Source: the human T2T-CHM13v2.0 reference genome, Homo sapiens | Assembly: GCF_009914755.1 (NCBI RefSeq) | Contig: NC_060932.1 | Direction: 5' to 3' (one strand) | Length of the DNA: 64,000 nt | Shown here: positions 54,259 to 64,000 of the stretch, piece by piece | Position numbering within the stretch: position 1 is the stretch's first letter | Layout of the letters: every line of letters begins with the position of its first letter | The notes under the pieces: generated by a model | The model's input: only the letters and a program-made list of their open reading frames with translations | The model's database searches: none | Told to the model about the DNA's origin: nothing | Made by a program: the position numbers and the translations under genes

Positions 54259-54589
54259 GTAAGACAGGGTGAGACATGGAGAGGACTGAGGCGGGGTGTG
54301 AGGATGCCGTTTGAATGGATAGCCATAAACCTGCCTGAAACGAGGAAGCAAACCCCGGAGGTAGCTGACAGCAAAGCTGTGCACTCCAGGGGCACCACAA
54401 AGGCAATAGCTTCAAGATGGGCTTGTACCGGTTGCCAGTGTGGCTGTGGCTGTGATGCGTGGGACGGGAGCTGGCCAAGCCTTGTAGGGCATGGGAAGAT
54501 TTAGGCCTTGCTTCTAGATGAGATGAAAGTCACTGGAGGCTTCTGAACGAAGAAGTACCCATAATTTGATTTATGTTTTCAAAGGTAGG

Positions 54590-57120
<2,531 letters not shown>

Positions 57121-57760
57121 GAGTGATACAGTGGAAGCCAGGGGCTGCTTAGGAGATAGTATAAATGTCTGGATGGTAAGTGGCTTGGCCCAGGCTGGTA
57201 TCAGTGGATGGAAGGAAAAGAGGCTGAGTTCAGGGTCTGTTTTCAAGATGAAGTCAAAAGAATTTGTTGCTGGATTGGATGTGGCTTAGGAGAGGAAAAT
57301 TTAAAACAAGTGCGACTTGGAGGTTTTTGTCCTGAGCAATTGTCATTTGCTGATAAAGGGAGCATCAGGAAGGAGCATGTCTGAAGGGGCATTCAGAGGT
57401 CAGACATGCTAAATTTGAGATGCTAAATTTTGGAGATGCTAACTTTGACATGCCTACTAGTCTTTCAAGTGGCGGTGCTGAATAAGCAACAGGATATTTA
57501 GATCTGGAGTGTAGAGGCGGGGTCAGGACAGGAGCTAGGGCAGCTTTCAGCATATAAATGCTGCAGGGGTCACGGGATTGTGTGAGGTCACTTAGAGAGT
57601 GAAGAGTAGTTAGAGAGGAGTGATCAGGCAGGTCAGGAAAATGAGGAAGAGCTGCCACAGACTGAAGAGTTGTCAGTGACACAGGAGGAAAACCAAGGCA
57701 GCACAGGGTCCTGCGAGCCATGTGAATCGAGTTTTTCAAGAAGAGCTTCATCAACTGTAT
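57121..57760 (-). mobile_element. L2 remnant (continues the piece at ~54480-54589)
   Basis: L2-like 'gaatttgttgctggattggatgtgg', 'tttgacatgcctactag...agatctggagtgtagagg'. Confidence 0.6.
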
Positions 57761-57874
57761 TCTAACAGGTGTTCTGGAAAATACTTCAGATTGAGGCCTT
57801 TATCCTGGTATTGAAGGATCTAATTTTCAGAAACTGCTTTTTTTTTTTTTTAAAGATACTTTAAACAGTGGTAG

Positions 57875-58506
57875 TGTTACCGGAAAGGGGTCCTGATCCA
57901 GACCGCAAGAAAAAGTTCTTGGATCTCGTGTAAGAAAGAATTCGGAGTGAGTCCATAGAAGTAAAGTGAAAGCAAATCTATTAAGAAAGTAAAGGAATAA
58001 AAGAATGGCTTCTTCATAGGCAGAGCAGCGGCATGGACTGCTCAGCTGCTTATACTTACGGTTACTTCTTGATTATATGCTAAACAAGGGGTGGATTATT
58101 CATGAGTTTTCCGGGAAAGGGACGGGAAATTCCTGGAACTGAGGGTTCCTCTCCTTTTTAGACCATATAGGATGACTTCCTGATGTTACCATGGCATTTG
58201 TAAACACTCATGGCGCTTGTGGGAGTGTCTTCTAGCATGCTAATGCATTATAATTAGCATATAATGATCAGTGAGGATGACTAGAGGTCACATTCGTGGC
58301 CATCTTGGTTTTGGTGGGATTTGGCCAGATTCTTTACCACAACCTGTTTTATCAGCAAGGTGTCTGTGACCTGTATCTTGAGCCAACCTCCTGTCTCATC
58401 CTGTGACGAATGCCTTTACCTCCTGGGAATGCTGCCCAGTGGTTCTCAGCCTTATTTTACCCAGCCCCTATTCAAGATGGAGTCTCTCTGGTTCGAATCT
58501 CTGACA
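57875..58506 (-). mobile_element. MER41 (MER41B-size) ERV1 solo LTR
   Basis: Reverse complement begins TGTCAGAGATTCGAACCAGAGAGACTCCATCTTGAATAGGGGCTGG; 632 bp; 4-bp TSD gtag. Confidence 0.9.
58109..58138. promoter_or_regulatory. Tandem STAT (GAS) motifs
   Basis: TTCCGGGAA at 58109-58117 and TTCCTGGAA at 58130-58138. Confidence 0.75.
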
Positions 58507-59026
58507 GTAGGTGGGTTTTTTGGAGTGGGGTTCTCGAAAGGAAGAGAGAAAGAAAGGGCTTGCTACATCTTGCTACATTTTCCTCTCCATAGTATCGCTT
58601 TCCCACCTTCTCAGCTTTGTTCTTGGAAAAGTGTGTGTGTTCCTGTGGGGTGTTTCATGAAAAATGGAAAAATGAGAGTGGCATCTCTCAGTGTATATAA
58701 CTAATTGGGAAGCAACTGAGTGGCTCAGAAGAATGTATGGTGTGGTTAACTGAGGAGCTACTTTTAGGGATGGCCTTTCCCCTTTACTGCCCATCAGGGA
58801 GGAGAAAACCCAACAGCTCTAGCGCTTTGATATTAATGACTGTGCTTAACAAGAAATCTCATCCAGGCTGCAGTCAATGATTCTTCTAATGAATTTATTT
58901 TCTCCTCCAACACAGTTCTATTGAATTAGGCTAATAGGTCACTTTTGATGAATAAGATTTGATTGTGATTCTCAGTTGATGATGAATAATCATGGTCCTT
59001 TTTCCTGCTTCCTTCTTGCTTTGTAA

Positions 59027-59385
<359 letters not shown>

Positions 59386-59769
59386 TGACCAACATCTCCT
59401 CACCGAGGGGATCCAGTGTGTGCCTTGGAAAAGCACCTCCAGCTCTTCCAGGAAGAGGAGGCTGTCATCCCCAGCATCAGGTTCTGTTTGGCTTGGAACT
59501 CCATGTCACATCAAACAAAGAATCTCATGGTGCATGAGATTTGTGCAAATAAAGTGAAAAAGCAACAATATGCTAATCTCTAAGTGGATGGAGAGGCAAT
59601 GGCATGAGCCAGAGAAAGCTCTAGACTTGGAGTCAGAGGGTCTGTTTTTTCACTACCTTCTTGATGACCTGGAGTGAACTACTTGGCATCTATACATTAA
59701 AAAGACTAATATCTGCTTTGTTTCCACCACAAGTTCATCATAGAGATCTCATGTGACAACCATAAAAAA

Positions 59770-59990
59770 ACAAATAGCACTTAGCTAGCAATCACTTACT
59801 GTAGGTCAGATGCTAATTTCAGCAGTTCTGACATATTAACTCATTTAACTCCCACAGTAATTATTACAGTTATTATGAGGTAGTTATTACCATATCATTC
59901 TCAATTTATAGATGAGAAAACTGAAACAGAAGAGGGCAAGTAGCTTCCCAAGGTCACACAGCCAGTAAGTGGCAGGCCTGGACCTGAAGC
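59770..59990 (-). mobile_element. MIR SINE
   Basis: Core 'tttatagatgagaaaactgaaacagaagagggcaagtagcttcccaaggtcacacagccagtaagtggc'. Confidence 0.8.
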
Positions 59991-60652
59991 TAGTAATGAT
60001 ATTTAATGGTTCTTGAATTTTGCCACCTATTTCTCTATAAATTATACGATGCAATAGTCTCAAAAATTCAATGGTAATGGACGTTCACTTATAGTATGAA
60101 TTCTTGTATTTTTTAAGTCTTTGAAAAATAACCAATTGACATAGTTAGGCTGAAGAGTCATATTCTTTTAAACAGTTAGACATGGGATTTGGGAGTCACT
60201 CAATTCCAATACCGTCTGGGTATCTGTGGGGACACTAGGCTGGCTCCTTTAGCTTTGCATCATTGCCATCAAACCACAGGCCAATTCTGTGGTCAGGCAG
60301 CTGGACCAGCTATACAGTTAGATCAGCTGGTGGGGCTATTTGGTCAAAAGGTCAAATTATTTTGCATAGATAATAGCAAATATTTGGATGCATAATCTCC
60401 AAAATCAGATAATCTCATGTTCCTGAGTAACATAGATACACAAGATGTGATAGCTTAGAAGGATCAGACAAGTAGCTCTGTTTGTCTAAATTCCATAGGA
60501 TTTACAGATGGTTATTGTCATTTCTGGTAGCTTGAATTCCTGTTACATGATACACAGAATACCAAATTAGACCTTAATCCAGAGGTTCATTAATTTCACA
60601 GGCATTAAAGTATTTATGGGGCACAGATTTCTTGGGCATGATAATGGTGGGC

Positions 60653-61178
<526 letters not shown>

Positions 61179-61510
61179 TAAGGGTGCCTTACTTATAGAG
61201 AAGGCAAAAATGACAACAAAAGCAACTTAAAGTCAGTTAGCTTTTTATTATCACTATTTGCCAGCAACTCTCAATGTTGGTGATAAAATACTCCTTCCCC
61301 AGAGACATTTTGTTGGTGAAATTCTAAATCGTTGCTACAGTTACAGTTGAGTTTTGATAATTTATATGTAAGCTTCAGATTAGTATACACATAATATTTA
61401 CTCTTTAATAATAAGCATTTTATTCTACCTAGACATCGCAAGCCCCTGACAAATGTAATGTCTGCTTTACCATTTGTTTTGAGAGAAAGTTCACTGTGGT
61501 TCAAAATCTT

Positions 61511-61790
61511 GGCTGGGCAGAGTGGCTCACACCTATAATTGCAGCACTTTGGGAGGCCTAGGTGGGAGGGTTGCTTGAGGCCAGGAGTTTGAGACCAGCT
61601 TGGGCAACATAGCAAGGCCCCATCTTTAAAAAAAAAAATTAGCTCAGCATGGTCTCACATATGTGTAGGCCTAGCTAGTCAGGAGGCTGAGGCAGGAGGA
61701 TCACTTGAGCCCAGGAGTTCAAGGCTACAGTGAGCTAGGATCATGCCATTGCATTCCAGCCTGGGTGACAGAGTGAGATTCCGTTTCTAA
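61511..61790 (+). mobile_element. Alu (AluJ-like)
   Basis: Alu consensus. Confidence 0.9.
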
Positions 61791-62206
61791 CGTTAAACAC
61801 AAAATATTTTGCGTGCACTTTCAGCACAGTTTGTGTCCCCAGTCTCTGTGGAGCTACAGATTTCTGTGTTTAAACAGTAGAATCAAAATGAATAGTGACA
61901 ACATATAGACTGCAAAGTAAACAAACAGCCTTGAATGGCTTCAGTTCTGCTGTTTTGTGTGACTGCTTGGAGACTATGAGACGGTGTGAACTACAGGCAG
62001 TAATATTTTTGTTTTCTAAGGGCAAATTTTAGCTCATACATGAACTGTTGTGCTGAATTTGAATAATATCTTTGGAGCTGAAATATTTTTTAATGTTTTA
62101 AAATTAATCAAAAGATGATAATTACATGACTTTTACTGAAAACAATATTGACATATGAGGAGGGGAGGATTAAAAAGTTATCTTCTCTAGAGTTACCTAA
62201 AAGCTA

Positions 62207-62513
<307 letters not shown>

Positions 62514-62581
62514 GTTATTGGCCTCAAATATTCCAAAAATGTCATTACTACAGCGCATTTCTCTCTCCTTACGTTTTGCAG

Positions 62582-62879
62582 TTACTGGCCAACACCTTCC
62601 CAAGAACAAGCGTCCAAAAGAACCAGGAGAGAATAGAATCAAACCTACCAACAAGAAGGTGAAGCCCAAAATTCCTAAAATGAAGGACAGGGACTCAGCC
62701 AATTCAGCACCAAAGACGCAGTCTATCATGATGCAAGTGCTGGATAAAGGTCGCTTCCAGAAACCCGCCGCTACCCTGAGTCTGCTGGCGGGGCAAACTG
62801 TAGAGCTTCGATGTAAAGGGAGTAGAATTGGGTGGAGCTACCCTGCGTATCTGGACACCTTTAAGGATTCTCGCCTCAG
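62582..62879 (+). CDS. PDGFRL: PDGFRL second coding exon (298 nt; basic N-terminal segment and start of Ig-like domain 1); gene continues beyond the window
   Basis: [21 protein letters not shown]...LAGQTVELRCKGSRIGWSYP (Ig C...W motif); ttttgcag| acceptor, AG|GTAAGC donor. Confidence 0.95.
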
Positions 62880-63063
62880 GTAAGCATTTTTTTTTAAAAC
62901 TGTGTAGGGTTGAGGATTTGTAATAGTTAACAAAATTCCTTCTTAACTATTATTACACATTGTTTCTGACATGTTCCATTTTACCCTAATAGATCATAAA
63001 AATAGAAGCTCAAAGGGCAAAAGTCACAGATTTTATTTCTTTACCCAGTTAATAACAATTGCA

Positions 63064-63349
63064 GGCCGGGTGCGGTGGCTCATGCCTGTAATCCCAGCAC
63101 TTTGGGAGGCCGAGGTGGGCGGATCACGAGGTCAGGAGATCAAGGCTATCCTGGCTAACCCGGTGAAATCCCGTCTCTATTAAAAATACAGAAAATTAGC
63201 TGGGCGTGGTGGCAGGTGCCTGTAGTCCCAGCTACTCAGGAGGCTGAGGCAGGAGAATGGTGCGAACCTGGGAGGTGGAGCTTGCATTGAGCCGAGATTG
63301 TGCCAGTGCACTCCATCCAGCCTGGGTGACAGAGAGCGAGACTCCATCT

Positions 63350-63398
<49 letters not shown>
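63064..63398 (+). mobile_element. AluY-like element with a 48-nt pure A tail
   Basis: AluY-like segments (gagatc..atcctggctaac, gaatgg..gaacc, ggagcttgc); A at 63351-63398. Confidence 0.9.
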
Positions 63399-63401
<3 letters not shown>

Positions 63402-63571
63402 CAAATCCTACCAACATTTGCTGAAAGAGTGAAATTTTACAGGAAACCATGTGACAAAACCATATGACAATTTTCTATGAAAATGTATGATGTGTGGAAT
63501 TTTATGGGAAACCAAAATGTTATAGAAAACTATTATGCATAGAGATGGATGTTTAAAAATTCATATTGTGT

Positions 63572-63870
63572 GGCCAGGTGCAGTGGCTCATGCCTGTAAT
63601 CCCAGCCCTTTGGGAGGCCAAAGCAGGCAGATCACTTGAGGCCAGGAGTTGGAGATTAGCCTGGCCAACATGGTGAAACCCCGTCTCTACAAGAAATATA
63701 AATTAGCCAGATGTGGTAGCATGCACCTGCAATTCCAGTTACTCAGGCAGAGCTGAGGCAGAAGAGTCGCTTGAACCCGGGATGCAGAGGTTACAGTGAG
63801 CCGAGTTCGTACCACCGCACTCCAGCCTGGGTGACAGAGTGAAACTCCGTCTCAAAAAAATAAAAAAAAA
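63572..63870 (+). mobile_element. Alu
   Basis: Alu consensus. Confidence 0.9.
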
Positions 63871-64000
63871 TCATACCATGAAAGTTAATGGACTCAATGT
63901 TTTATGTTGTTTTTTTAAGTAATCATAATGAAAACTGAAATGACCTAACAGGAGATTTCTGTGAGCAACTTGACCAGATATCAACTTCAACTACTTTTCA

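Overview
Human (primate) genomic DNA, recognisable as the SLC7A2-PDGFRL locus (8p22). The + strand carries the complete coding region of SLC7A2 (cationic amino acid transporter CAT-2). This includes an alternative upstream coding exon (12061-12158, adding 40 aa) and the mutually exclusive CAT-2B (27708-27847) and CAT-2A (28094-28230) exons. Splicing at GT-AG sites gives 658 aa (2B) or 657 aa (2A), followed by a ~5.4 kb 3' UTR. About 6.7 kb further on lie the PDGFRL CpG-island promoter and its first two coding exons. The rest is intronic/intergenic, with ~30 Alus, four THE1 solo LTRs, MER11, MER41 and MER51-like ERV LTRs with intact target-site duplications, a full LTR-int-LTR MST element, and MER1B, MADE1, L1/L2/CR1/MIR remnants. 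I see no new gene or wholly unknown system; most ORFs in the track are Alu/LTR noise. The best leads are regulatory hypotheses: (1) an RBFOX (TGCATG) motif layout predicting a 2B-to-2A affinity switch, with NMD-enforced exclusivity and flanking inverted Alus; (2) a MER41B-type LTR with intact tandem STAT1 GAS sites near the cytokine-inducible SLC7A2 gene. Repeat subfamily names are from recalled consensus sequences, not a database search, and repeat ends without a TSD are approximate.
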